A stretch of 58,081 bases of DNA, from positions 1 through 58,081 of the forward strand of contig DASXYO010000163.1 in the NCBI GenBank assembly GCA_036502465.1, in the 5' to 3' direction. Below the pieces are notes generated by a model. The model saw only the letters and a list, made by a program, of their open reading frames with translations. It did no database searches and was not told where the DNA came from. The position numbers were made by a program, and so were the translations under genes. How positions within the stretch are numbered: position 1 is the first letter of the stretch; every line of letters begins with the position of its first letter. This DNA comes from Chthoniobacterales bacterium. Its GTDB lineage: Bacteria > Verrucomicrobiota > Verrucomicrobiia > Chthoniobacterales > UBA10450. Below are positions 47,241-57,002 of the stretch, in pieces.

Positions 47241-48149
47241 GTGGGCGCTCCGGAGAGAATTGTGCTCGGATCGCGTGGAAGCGATCTCGCGCGGAGACAA
47301 ACGCGGATGGTCGAGGAGGCCTTGCGCAAGGCCTGGCCCGAGTTGGAAATCGCGCTCGAGATTATCCGCACGAGCGGCGACGAGGGAGGCGGTCCGGTGG
47401 TGGCCGATCGAAAAGCCGGGCGCAAGGGCATGTTCACGCGGGAAATCGAGCAGCAGCTTCTCGTTAGGCGAATCGACCTCGCGGTGCACAGCGCGAAGGA
47501 TCTGCCGAGCGAGCGGATGGACGAACTGGAAATCGGCGCAGTTCTTCCGCGCGGCCCGACTGGGGACGTGCTGATCGCACGAAATGGATTATGCCTAACG
47601 ACTTTACCGACCGGCGCGGTAGTCGCGACCGGGAGCATCCGGCGTCAGCGGCAACTGCTCTGGAAACGGCCGGATCTTGAAGTGGCAGATCTGCGCGGCA
47701 ACGTGCCGACTCGGTTGCGCAAGCTCTGCGAGAACGAAAATTGGAGCGGAATCATCCTGGCCCGGGCAGGTCTCGCGCGACTCGGTCTGGAACCGGAGAT
47801 GGAAATTCTCTCGCCCGACGACTTTGTCCCGGCTGGTGGCCAGGGCGTGATCGCGCTTCAGACCCGGCGCGACGACGAACGCGTGCACCGGTTGCTGGCC
47901 CCGATTGATGACGAGCCGACCCGGCTTTGCCTCCATGCGGAGCGTGAATTTTTGCGGCTTTTGGACGGCGATTGCGATTCGCCGGTCGGAGTGCACGGCC
48001 GAATGATCGATGGGAAGTTGCACCTCCAGGCGCAGGTTTTTGAAGAAGAAATTGCGGCGCCGCGCATCGGTATCGTGACGGGTGCGAGTGGTCAACCGGA
48101 AGCGCTGGCCGCCGAATTAATGGACAAACTTTATGGCAACCAAAATTGA
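47241..48149 (+). CDS. hemC: Hydroxymethylbilane synthase (porphobilinogen deaminase)
   Basis: HemC pattern (LGSRGSDLARRQ; DLAVHSAKDLP; RGNVPTRL; CDSPVG cofactor Cys). GTG start directly after the hemA stop. Confidence 0.9.
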   Translation: MGAPERIVLGSRGSDLARRQTRMVEEALRKAWPELEIALEIIRTSGDEGGGPVVADRKAGRKGMFTREIEQQLLVRRIDLAVHSAKDLPSERMDELEIGAVLPRGPTGDVLIARNGLCLTTLPTGAVVATGSIRRQRQLLWKRPDLEVADLRGNVPTRLRKLCENENWSGIILARAGLARLGLEPEMEILSPDDFVPAGGQGVIALQTRRDDERVHRLLAPIDDEPTRLCLHAEREFLRLLDGDCDSPVGVHGRMIDGKLHLQAQVFEEEIAAPRIGIVTGASGQPEALAAELMDKLYGNQN

Positions 48150-49656
48150 ACCCGGGCGTTGTTACCTTGTCGGCGCAGGTCCTGGTGATTTCGGATTGGC
48201 GACTTTGCGCGCGAAGCAACTGATCGAACGGGCCGAGGTGGTGGTTTACGACTACCTCTGCAATCCCGAGATGCTGCAGTGGGCACCGGAAACGGCCGAG
48301 ATCATTTACGCTGGGAAAAAAGCCGGCGCGCACACCCTGAAGCAGGAGGAGATCAACGCCCTCCTGGTTGAAAAAGCGCAGGCCGGCAAACTAGTGGTTA
48401 GGCTAAAGGGCGGCGATCCGTTTCTTTTCGGACGCGGCGGTGAAGAAGCGCAGGCTTTAGTTGCTGCTTCCATTCCGTTCGAGGTCGTGCCGGGGGTGAC
48501 TTCGGCGATTGCTGCGCCGGCTTACGCAGGCATTCCGGTAACGCATCGTGGAATGACCTCGCACGTCACTTTTTTCACTGGCCACGAGGATCCGGAGAAA
48601 ACGGAGGGCTCGCTCAATTTCGAGGCGCTCGCAAAATTGGGCGGAACCCAGGTGATGCTGATGGGCGTCGAACGGATCGACGCGATCGCGCAGCAAATGC
48701 GAGAGCACGGTGTCCGCGCGGATCTGCCGGTGGCCTTGATTCGCTGGGGGACGACCGGGCGACAGGAAACGATCCGCGGGACGCTGGAGGACATCGCGCA
48801 GAAGGTGGCGGAACAGAATTTCGCTCCGCCTGCGGTGGCGGTCTTTGGCGAGGTGGTCTCGTTAGGCAAGGAGCTGGACTGGCGCAAGGCGCAGCCACTG
48901 ACCGGGAAACGGATCGTGGTCACGCGGACCCGAAAACAAGCCGGCATCCTGAGTGAGCAACTGCGCGATCTCGGCGCGGAGGTGATCGAGTTGCCGACCA
49001 TCCGGATCGAACCGCCGACCGATCTGCGCGCTTTCGCCGAGCTGGTGCAGGATGCGCACGGCTACGACTGGATTGTCTTCACCAGCCCGAATGGGGTGAC
49101 GGCGTTTTTTGAGATGTTCTACAAACTTTACGACGACGCCCGCGACATCGGCGGGGCGCGAATCGCGGCCATCGGGCCGGCCACGGCGCAGCGGGTGCGC
49201 GAGTTTCATCTCAAGGTCGACCTACAGCCGGATGAGTTCGTGGCCGAGGCAGTGGTGCGTGAATTCAAGAAGCAAGGCGACATCGAAAATCTCCGAATTC
49301 TCATCGCTCGGGCGGAAGAGGCGCGAGACCTGCTACCAAGGGAGCTCGGAGCCTTGGGAGCCATAGTGGATGTTGCTGTTGCCTACCGAACGGTCGCCGA
49401 GACAAGCGATCGGACGGAAGCAAGATCGCGACTGGTAGCCGAGAGCGCGGATATGATCACCTTTACAAGTTCATCGACGGTCGAAAACTTTCTTGCCCTG
49501 GGCCTGCCCTGGCCGGCCGGGATGGAAGTGGCGAGCATCGGCCCGATTACCTCGAAGACCGCGCGCGATCGCGGCCTAACGATCGGGGTGGAGGCAAAAC
49601 GGCACGATATTCCCGGACTGGTGGAGGCGATTCGCCGCCATTACGGCAGGGATTGA
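48133..49656 (+). CDS. cobA: Fused uroporphyrinogen-III C-methyltransferase / uroporphyrinogen-III synthase
   Basis: N-terminal SUMT motifs (LVGAGPGDFGLATLRA; RLKGGDPFLFGRGGEE) followed by a HemD-like C-terminal half (about 250 aa). Confidence 0.85.
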   Translation: MATKIEPGRCYLVGAGPGDFGLATLRAKQLIERAEVVVYDYLCNPEMLQWAPETAEIIYAGKKAGAHTLKQEEINALLVEKAQAGKLVVRLKGGDPFLFGRGGEEAQALVAASIPFEVVPGVTSAIAAPAYAGIPVTHRGMTSHVTFFTGHEDPEKTEGSLNFEALAKLGGTQVMLMGVERIDAIAQQMREHGVRADLPVALIRWGTTGRQETIRGTLEDIAQKVAEQNFAPPAVAVFGEVVSLGKELDWRKAQPLTGKRIVVTRTRKQAGILSEQLRDLGAEVIELPTIRIEPPTDLRAFAELVQDAHGYDWIVFTSPNGVTAFFEMFYKLYDDARDIGGARIAAIGPATAQRVREFHLKVDLQPDEFVAEAVVREFKKQGDIENLRILIARAEEARDLLPRELGALGAIVDVAVAYRTVAETSDRTEARSRLVAESADMITFTSSSTVENFLALGLPWPAGMEVASIGPITSKTARDRGLTIGVEAKRHDIPGLVEAIRRHYGRD

Positions 49657-49660
49657 TGGA

Positions 49661-50329
49661 ATGAGCGAGGCGATCGAAGTCGACGCAGATTTTGGCACCG
49701 CGATGCACGAACTAAGTGCGGAAGCGGTCACGCCTCCGTCCCGTCGGAAAGAGCCCGAGCCTTCCGCCACGACGGCGCTGATCGGCGCGGTCTATTCCTT
49801 GAATCAGCGGATGGAGGCCCTCGAGGAATCGATGCTGCGAAAATTCGAGTCGATTCATTTTGAAAAAATCGAAGAGCAGCTCGCGGTCATCCGCGACAGC
49901 GAAACGGTGAACCAGAAGCTGTTCGATTCGCTCCACCAGGAATTGATCAGCTACCGCGATAATTTCGTCCGCGATGCGCTGCAGAAGCCGTTCATTCGCG
50001 ATCTGCTGATGCTTTTCGACGACCTGAGCGCGCTGGCCGACCAAATGGGATCGACGGCGGAAAAGGAAAGCAGCGATGGGGCGCAAACCCGCTCGCTCGA
50101 TAACCTGACCAACGTTCTCCATTTCGTGGTCGAGATCCTGCACCGTCTCGAAGTGACCGAGATCGAAGTGAAGGAGAGAGTCGATCGCACGCTGCATCGT
50201 GTGATCAGCTTCGAGCCGGCTGAGTCGGCGGAGGAAGATGGCCTCATTGTGAAGCGGCTGAAGCGCGGCTTTATCTGGCAGGACCGGACGCTGCGCGCTG
50301 AAGAAGTCATCGCGAAGCGGTTCCAATAA
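49661..50329 (+). CDS. GrpE-like nucleotide-exchange-factor homolog (divergent)
   Basis: Long helical region with a GrpE-like pattern (LHQELISYRDNFVRDALQKPFIRDLLMLFDDLSAL). C-terminal beta domain pattern (VKRLKRGFIWQDRTLRAEEVIAKR). Lies directly upstream of an Hsp70 paralog. Confidence 0.55.
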   Translation: MSEAIEVDADFGTAMHELSAEAVTPPSRRKEPEPSATTALIGAVYSLNQRMEALEESMLRKFESIHFEKIEEQLAVIRDSETVNQKLFDSLHQELISYRDNFVRDALQKPFIRDLLMLFDDLSALADQMGSTAEKESSDGAQTRSLDNLTNVLHFVVEILHRLEVTEIEVKERVDRTLHRVISFEPAESAEEDGLIVKRLKRGFIWQDRTLRAEEVIAKRFQ

Positions 50330-50459
50330 TTCCGCCCGCGCGGTTGCTCTGCACGAGGGGAAAAAAAGTTCCCGCAGAATTTGAAACGCCGGAGGCATGA
50401 AAACTGCATTGAGTTGGGCGCAGTCAAGAAATGGCAATTCAGGGAAACCTTCAAAGCAC

Positions 50460-52022
50460 ATGAGCAATCGCAAAGCAGTCGGAATCGATCTCGGCACTAC
50501 TTTCTCGGCCGTCGCCCATATCGACGCCTACGGGAAACCGCAAATCATCCCCAACGCGGAGAGTGAGCGAATCACACCGTCCGTCGTTCTCTTCGATGGC
50601 AGCAACGCCATCGTCGGCACGATCGCGAAGAACAACACCGTCGCGGAACCGGAAAAGATCGTCGACTTCGTCAAGCGCGAAATTGGAAAATCGAAGGAGC
50701 AATTTAATCGCGAGTTCAGCGGGACCAAGTATTCGGCGGAGGAACTTTCCGCGCTCATCCTGAAAAAGCTGAAGTCGGATGCGGAAAAATATCTCAAGGT
50801 GCCGGTGACCGATGCCGTCATCACGGTCCCGGCTTACTTCAACGATGCCGAGCGGACCGCCACGATCACCGCTGGCCGGCTCGCCGGATTGAACGTTCTG
50901 CAAATCATCAACGAACCGACGGCCGCCGCGCTCGCTTACGGCTTGGACAAGCTGGATGACGACCAGACGGTTTTCGTGTTCGATCTGGGCGGCGGCACTT
51001 TTGACGTCACGCTCATGCGGATCGAGGGCCATCGCCTCGAGATGGTGGCGACAAACGGCGATCACCGACTTGGGGGCAAAGATTGGGACGACATCATCGT
51101 CAACCACGTCGCGGAAGAATTTGATCGCGCGCATGGCGAAAATCCGCTGCTCGATCTGCAAAGCTACCAGGATCTGCAAAGCCGCGCGCTGGCCGCAAAG
51201 ATCCAGCTCTCGAGCCGCGACCGGACGACGATCGTGCACAGCCACAACGGCAAGAGTGTGAAGATCGAGATGACCCGGGAGCAATTTGAAAAAATGACCC
51301 GGCACCTGGTCGAGAAGTGCAAGGCGATCTGCGACATCGTGATGCGCGAGGCCAAGATGCAATGGTCGGAGGTGGACAAGATCCTTCTTGTCGGCGGCAT
51401 GACGCGCATGCCGATGGTGCGCGAGATGATTGCCCAGCTCACGTCCGTGCCTTTGGCCGAAGACGTGAACCCCGACGAAGCCGTCGCAGTCGGCGCCGCC
51501 ATCCAGGCGGTCCTCTCACTCCTCAACGAAGAGGAGACGACCGGGGAAAAAGTTCTCCCGTCGGAAACGCGCCAGCAATTTTCTTCCCGCGAAGGCGGCC
51601 TCATCCAGGTGCGGAACATCACCTCGCACACACTCGGAGTGGTGCTCTGGGATGAAGCCCATCTCGAGGAATACGTCTTCCCGATGATTAAAAAAATGAC
51701 CGCGATGCCGGCGGTCGCGAAGAATTCCTTTGGAACCGCGACGGCCAACATGCAGCGCGCGATCGTGCGCATCGTCGAAGGCGAAAGCACCCTGCCGCAG
51801 GAGTGCACGCCGCTCGGGATCTGCGATGTCGAGCTGCCACCTTTTTTACCGAAAGGTTCCCCGGTTGAATTGACCTACGAATATAACGCCAACCAGGTCC
51901 TCGAAGTTGCGGTGGAAGCCTGCGGAAATTCCGCTTCGGTTTCAATCGAGCGCAAGACCGGGCTCTCGGAGGCAGAACTCGGTCGCGCAACGGCAGCGTT
52001 GGGGCAATTGAGCGTCGTCTGA
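50460..52022 (+). CDS. Hsp70-family ATPase, short form without the C-terminal helical lid
   Basis: Actin-fold/Hsp70 motifs (GIDLGTTFSAVA; DLGGGTFDVT; NEPTAAALAYG; LLVGGMTRMP). About 520 aa from the ATG at 50460, compared with about 640 aa for DnaK. Confidence 0.85.
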   Translation: MSNRKAVGIDLGTTFSAVAHIDAYGKPQIIPNAESERITPSVVLFDGSNAIVGTIAKNNTVAEPEKIVDFVKREIGKSKEQFNREFSGTKYSAEELSALILKKLKSDAEKYLKVPVTDAVITVPAYFNDAERTATITAGRLAGLNVLQIINEPTAAALAYGLDKLDDDQTVFVFDLGGGTFDVTLMRIEGHRLEMVATNGDHRLGGKDWDDIIVNHVAEEFDRAHGENPLLDLQSYQDLQSRALAAKIQLSSRDRTTIVHSHNGKSVKIEMTREQFEKMTRHLVEKCKAICDIVMREAKMQWSEVDKILLVGGMTRMPMVREMIAQLTSVPLAEDVNPDEAVAVGAAIQAVLSLLNEEETTGEKVLPSETRQQFSSREGGLIQVRNITSHTLGVVLWDEAHLEEYVFPMIKKMTAMPAVAKNSFGTATANMQRAIVRIVEGESTLPQECTPLGICDVELPPFLPKGSPVELTYEYNANQVLEVAVEACGNSASVSIERKTGLSEAELGRATAALGQLSVV

Positions 52023-52023
52023 G

Positions 52024-53625
52024 ATGCTCAATCCGGTCAGCTTCCCGATTCCGTTGCCGGACGATCCGCGCAAGTGGGACGGCTGGAGCCGCTATAATTC
52101 GCCCGACCCGTACGAGCGGCTCTGCCTCGATCCGCAGACCAATCCGAGCAACGATCTGATCGAAGAGCGCTTTCGCGAGCTGCTCTTGTGGTGGCAGAAA
52201 AAGCTCCCGCTCAAAAATCAGCCGAGCAATCCGCTCGCCCAGCTGCTCCGTTCCGGGCTCGATGAATCTTCCCGCTTCCTGACCGAGGCGCGGGTCGAGC
52301 TGCTCAACCCCGAGCGGCGCCGAGAGCTCGACAACGAACTAGCCGCCCAGGCCGAGCAGCGAGCGATCGCGGAGTTCCACAAATACATGACGTTCGCGCT
52401 GAACGACAAAACCCTCTCGCCTCAGGAGGAGGACACGCTCCTGGCGTTTGGACATCAGCACGGGCTGAAAGACGAGCGGATGTTCGAGCTGATCGAGGCG
52501 GAATTGCTGAAGTGCGGGGCCGTCCGCGTGACGCCGCCTCCCCCGCCGGCGTTGGCCGAGGCTGTCGTGGAAAAGGTCGCCACCAATCTCGATCCGAACG
52601 AGGATTTCATGCGGATGTTGCGGCTGAGCGGGCTTGACGCCGACGAGATGACCGACGACCAGCGCGACGCGTTTGTGAATATGGCGGAAAATCTCGGGAT
52701 TGACCCGGGCGACGCCGAGGATTTGGTCGATCTCTACCTGGAAGAGATCGAAGAAAAATCGGCCCCTCCGCCGAAGCCGGTCGTAGTGGTCGCGCCGAAG
52801 GCGCCGGTCGTTTCGACTAACGGCGCGAGCCCGGCGCCGGTCGCGAGAGCCGTTACCGCGGTCGATATCGCAGCGGAGCGAGCTCGCTTCGCAAATTTTA
52901 CGAGCAGCATTGGCGCGCAATTACTCCTCGTTCCGTCGGGAAGTTTCGAGATGGGAAGCGAGGCGGCCGACTCTGCGCCTAACGAACGGCCGATTACTCC
53001 CGTCACTCTGACCCGCTATTACCTCTCCCGCTTCCCGATCACCAACGCGCAATACGAATCATTCGATCCCAGCCACCTTCGGAAAAGGGCGCCGGGGGCG
53101 GGCGACCAGCATCCGGTCGTTTACGTGAGCAGCACCGACGCGATCAAGTTTTGCCAATGGCTCAGCTCGCGCGATCGCCGCCGTTACCGGCTCCCGACCG
53201 AGGCGGAGTGGGAGTATGCCGCGCGCGGCGCGGACGGACGCAAATATCCGTGGGGAAGCCAGGAAGGCCGCGGCGACCTCGCAAACTTCGCCGACCGCAA
53301 CACGGTTTTTGCCTGGAGCGACCGCGAGATTGATGACGGCTATGCCGAGAGTTCGCCGGTGGGATCGTTTCCGCTGGGGGCGAGCCCTTTCGGGATGGAA
53401 GACATGGCGGGCAACGTCTGGGAATGGTGCCTGGACTTTTTCGAAGCTTACCGGGGAACTCCGAAGATGAACCCTCGCGGAGCTGTCTCTGGGTTGAAGC
53501 GAATCTACCGCGGCGGCAGCTGGAAATCGCGTTTCAACAGTCTGCGGACGACGACCCGGGGTTCAAACGTGCCGAATTACACCTGCAACGATCTTGGATT
53601 TCGGATCGTCTGCGAATGCGAATAG
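52024..53625 (+). CDS. Multidomain protein: degenerate J-like domain (no HPD) + helical repeats + Pro-rich linker + FGE/SUMF1-like domain
   Basis: N-terminus is J-like (DPYERLCLDP...IEERFRELLLWW...ARVELLNPERRRELDNEL) but has no His-Pro-Asp. C-terminus has FGE-sulfatase motifs (RLPTEAEWEYAARG; GNVWEWC; YRGGSW). Its start lies 1 nt after the Hsp70 stop. Confidence 0.7.
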   Translation: MLNPVSFPIPLPDDPRKWDGWSRYNSPDPYERLCLDPQTNPSNDLIEERFRELLLWWQKKLPLKNQPSNPLAQLLRSGLDESSRFLTEARVELLNPERRRELDNELAAQAEQRAIAEFHKYMTFALNDKTLSPQEEDTLLAFGHQHGLKDERMFELIEAELLKCGAVRVTPPPPPALAEAVVEKVATNLDPNEDFMRMLRLSGLDADEMTDDQRDAFVNMAENLGIDPGDAEDLVDLYLEEIEEKSAPPPKPVVVVAPKAPVVSTNGASPAPVARAVTAVDIAAERARFANFTSSIGAQLLLVPSGSFEMGSEAADSAPNERPITPVTLTRYYLSRFPITNAQYESFDPSHLRKRAPGAGDQHPVVYVSSTDAIKFCQWLSSRDRRRYRLPTEAEWEYAARGADGRKYPWGSQEGRGDLANFADRNTVFAWSDREIDDGYAESSPVGSFPLGASPFGMEDMAGNVWEWCLDFFEAYRGTPKMNPRGAVSGLKRIYRGGSWKSRFNSLRTTTRGSNVPNYTCNDLGFRIVCECE

Positions 53626-53733
53626 GCGCAGCCGCGATTCAAAAAAAACGCAGGGAAGGCGGAGAACTCCCGAGTTTTCCGTCCTCGGTAATTCTCTGCG
53701 TCCCCTGCAGTTAAAGCAGTCTGGTCCTGGCTC

Positions 53734-53931
53734 TTACGACGGGTTAAAACGAAACTTGGCGCGTCCCCGCTTGGCATTGGCTTTCGCCTTGCGACGGGTC
53801 TTTTGCGAAGGTGTTTCGAAGGCACGCAAGCGGCGCACCTCTTCCAAAATTCCTTCGGCGTCCAGCTTGTTCTTAAGCCGCTTCAAGGCCCGGTCCACTG
53901 GCTCACCTTTACGAACGATCACTTCTGGCAT
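53734..53931 (-). CDS. rpsU: 30S ribosomal protein S21
   Basis: MPEVIVRKGEPVDRALKRLKNKL...RAFETPSQKTRRK is typical of S21. AGGAG lies upstream of the start on the minus strand. Confidence 0.9.
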   Translation of the reverse strand: MPEVIVRKGEPVDRALKRLKNKLDAEGILEEVRRLRAFETPSQKTRRKAKANAKRGRAKFRFNPS

Positions 53932-54087
53932 TGCGTTATTTCTCCTGAATCCTGTTGAAATTTAAAAGGCTTGTCCCGACTCGGGGCCAGCGATCCTAAG
54001 GCTCCCTTTAGCGAGCGTCAACTATGGCTTTTGTTAGGCTCGCCGCCTCCCGCCCCGAAGGAACGCAACCCGCGTGGAAATCCTTTT

Positions 54088-56439
54088 CTACGGTGTCGGC
54101 GTCGGTCTCGCGGCGGATGTCTTTTGGATCACTTCCCGGCGCAAACTGCTCGCGCTGCCGCCCCGTGCCCGGGTCCACCAGAGCACGATCGGTGACGCGA
54201 TGAAGACCGACGAGTAGGTGCCGACGACCACACCGATAATGATGGCCAGGGCAAAATCCTGCAGGACGGCGCCGCCGAAAAAGTAGAGGCACAAGATCGG
54301 GATGAGCGTTGTCGTGCTCGTTAGGATCGTGCGACTCAGCGTCTGATTGACGCTCTCGTTCATGATCTGCTCGATGGAGCCTTTCCGACTGCTGGCCAGT
54401 CCCTCGCGGATTCGATCGTAAACCACGATCGTGTCGTTGATCGAGTAACCGGCGATGGTGAGCACGGCTCCGACCATCGTGAGCGTCAGCTCGCGACCGA
54501 GCAGCGCAAACATGCCGACAGTGATGAGCACGTCGTGCAGCAGCGCAACGATCGCGCCGACCGCAAAAGAAAATTCGAAGCGGAAGGTGACGTAGATCAA
54601 AATTCCCAGGATTCCGAGCCCGAGCGCTATGAGCGAACTCCGGGCCAATTCACCGCCAACCAAGGCGCCGACGCGCTCCGATCCCTCGATCTTGTAACCT
54701 TCATTGGGGAAGGATTGCAGGATCTGATGCTCGATCTTGTCACTCGTGTTTAGCGGGCTCCGGATCGTGAGGTAGCTGCGATCGCCTTGTTGCGATTGCT
54801 GGATGGCGACGTCCGCCAAACCGATTTGCTGGAGCACTCCGCGCACTTGGGCGACATCGATCTTGTGGGGCGCGCTCAAGGTCGCGAGATCGCCGCCCCG
54901 AAAGTCCACGCCGAAGTTTTTCTCGCCGCGCTTGTAGAAGGCGGCCGCGCCGCCCAGGATGAGGGCGAGCGAGCACATGCTCGCGATGAAGCCTTTGCCA
55001 AGAAAGTTCCAGTTCTTGGGCGAGATCAAATGCAGCATCGAGATTTTCGTGAGCCGTCCTGTTTCGACGAGCCAACTCAAGGCATTGCGTCCGACGATGA
55101 GGGCGGTAAAGAGCGAAGCCAGGATCCCGAGCATGAGCACGATGGCGAAGCCCTTGACTGGCCCGCTGGCATAGAAAAACAGGATCGTCGCCGTGATGAG
55201 GGTGGTCACGTTGGCGTCGAAAATGGAGCTGAACGCCTTGTCGTAGGCCGCGGGCAAGGCAACCCGAAGAGATTTCCCGCTCGCCAATTCTTCGCGTAAT
55301 CGTTCGTAAATCAGAACGCTCGCGTCCACCGCCATGCCGATGGTGAGGATGATACCGGCAATACCAGGCAGGGTCAGAACGACTCCGCCGGGAATTAATT
55401 GAAACTCACCCAGCAGGAGGATGAGGTTCACAATCAGGGCAAGATTCACCACCAGACCCGCGAATTTGTAGTAAACCGCGACGCAAACCAGGGTCACGGC
55501 AAGTCCGATCAAACCCGCGCGAATACTCGCCCGGATTGAATCCAAGCCCAGGGTCGGCGAGACGCTGCGTTCTTCTTCGATGCTAACCGGCACTTGCAAC
55601 GGGTTCTCCAGCACGCTGGCCAGGCCGCGGGCTTCCTGTTCCTGGAAGCTCCCGGTGATGATGGCGTCGCCTCCGTAAATGGCTGTCCGGATACTGGGTG
55701 CCGATTGAATCACTCCGTCGAGGACGATGGCGAATCGATGCCCGACATTCGCCTCGGTGATCTGGCCAAATTTCTTCGCACCTTCGCTGTCAAACTTGAG
55801 CTGGACCGTCCAGCCATCGTTCCCGTAGTAGGCGTTGGATTCTGTCACCCGGTCGCCGCCGAGATCCGCCTTTTTCTTCACCAGCAAGCGCTCGGTGACC
55901 GGCTTCTCGCCCGGGTTCCTCGGCTGCATTTTGTAGGTCTCGATGCGGTACTCGGGCGGAATCACTTCCGTTCCTGCATCGATCGCACGCAGTCGTGCGC
56001 CATCGTCTGGATAAACGAGTCGGAATTCGAGCTTCGCCACCCGCGAAAGCTGGTCGCGCGCTTCCTGGATCTTCGCGGCATCAAGGCCGGGAATTTGCAC
56101 AAGAATGCGGTCCGTTCCGACCGGGCTGATGACCGGCTCCCCGCTGCCGAAATAATCCACGCGTTTGCGGATCACTTCGACCGCCTGGTCGAGCATTCCT
56201 TTGCTCAACGTCTTGTCCTCGCTCTTTAGGCGGATGAGGAAGGAGGTGCCGCCCTTGATGTCGAGACCAAGGCGCACCTTTTCTTTCAGCGGAAAAATGC
56301 TCCAGATGCTGAAAACCACCAGGAGGACGACCAGCGTGGCCGCCAACAAGTGTTTCCGCTGACCGCGATCGGTCGCGAAATACCATCCAAAGAGGACGAG
56401 CAGGCCGAGGCCCATGAAAAATTCGACGATGGAATTCAT
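54088..56439 (-). CDS. secDF: Protein translocase subunit SecDF (fusion)
   Basis: 783 aa. SecD periplasmic domain plus 12-TM RND-like pattern (LGLDIKGG; LTLPGIAGIILTIGMAVDA; SecF half INDTIVVYDRIRE). Confidence 0.9.
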   Translation of the reverse strand: MNSIVEFFMGLGLLVLFGWYFATDRGQRKHLLAATLVVLLVVFSIWSIFPLKEKVRLGLDIKGGTSFLIRLKSEDKTLSKGMLDQAVEVIRKRVDYFGSGEPVISPVGTDRILVQIPGLDAAKIQEARDQLSRVAKLEFRLVYPDDGARLRAIDAGTEVIPPEYRIETYKMQPRNPGEKPVTERLLVKKKADLGGDRVTESNAYYGNDGWTVQLKFDSEGAKKFGQITEANVGHRFAIVLDGVIQSAPSIRTAIYGGDAIITGSFQEQEARGLASVLENPLQVPVSIEEERSVSPTLGLDSIRASIRAGLIGLAVTLVCVAVYYKFAGLVVNLALIVNLILLLGEFQLIPGGVVLTLPGIAGIILTIGMAVDASVLIYERLREELASGKSLRVALPAAYDKAFSSIFDANVTTLITATILFFYASGPVKGFAIVLMLGILASLFTALIVGRNALSWLVETGRLTKISMLHLISPKNWNFLGKGFIASMCSLALILGGAAAFYKRGEKNFGVDFRGGDLATLSAPHKIDVAQVRGVLQQIGLADVAIQQSQQGDRSYLTIRSPLNTSDKIEHQILQSFPNEGYKIEGSERVGALVGGELARSSLIALGLGILGILIYVTFRFEFSFAVGAIVALLHDVLITVGMFALLGRELTLTMVGAVLTIAGYSINDTIVVYDRIREGLASSRKGSIEQIMNESVNQTLSRTILTSTTTLIPILCLYFFGGAVLQDFALAIIIGVVVGTYSSVFIASPIVLWWTRARGGSASSLRREVIQKTSAARPTPTP

Positions 56440-56496
56440 TGGTCGGTGTGGAGTCGGCGTTTGCGCAGGGCGCGTTGGTCGGCGTTTTGCATCGAG

Positions 56497-56826
56497 TTAG
56501 TTCCTGACCGCGTCAGCCTTTAGCACGTTTGTGATGGCTGCTTTCTCCATTTCGATTTTGACGTTATCCGCGACTTTCACGGTCACGGTGGTGTCCTTAA
56601 CGTTGGTAATCATGCCGTGAATGCCGGACGCGGTCACCACCCGGTCGCCCGTCTTGAGCGCGGAAACGAGCGCCTTTTGTTCCTTCGCCCGCCGCATCTG
56701 GGGCCGGAAGAGAACAAAATACATAATGATAAAAATCAGAATGATGGGGATGAACGAGGCGAGCGGATTCGGCGCGGCGCCGGCAGGAGCGGCCGGCTGG
56801 GCCTGAGCGAGAAGAATCAAAAACAT
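56497..56826 (-). CDS. yajC: Preprotein translocase subunit YajC
   Basis: Single TM helix plus the YajC motif (FIIMYFVLFRPQMRRAKEQ...GDRVVTASGIHGMI). Start set at the internal ATG at 56826, because the longer ORF-track model adds a non-homologous extension. Confidence 0.85.
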   Translation of the reverse strand: MFLILLAQAQPAAPAGAAPNPLASFIPIILIFIIMYFVLFRPQMRRAKEQKALVSALKTGDRVVTASGIHGMITNVKDTTVTVKVADNVKIEMEKAAITNVLKADAVRN

Positions 56827-57002
56827 GATGGAATAATTGGTCTGCGTGGCAACGGCGCGCAATAAGCGCGACTGACCTGCCAAAGCGAGCATTCCACTGA
56901 GCACAGTTGCGGCCCAATTGCAAGATGCAGCACGCTTCGAATAATGTAGTTCGAAGCGCAAATGGGCTAACAGAGGCCCGGAATTTTACATGCCGGACGG
57001 GG

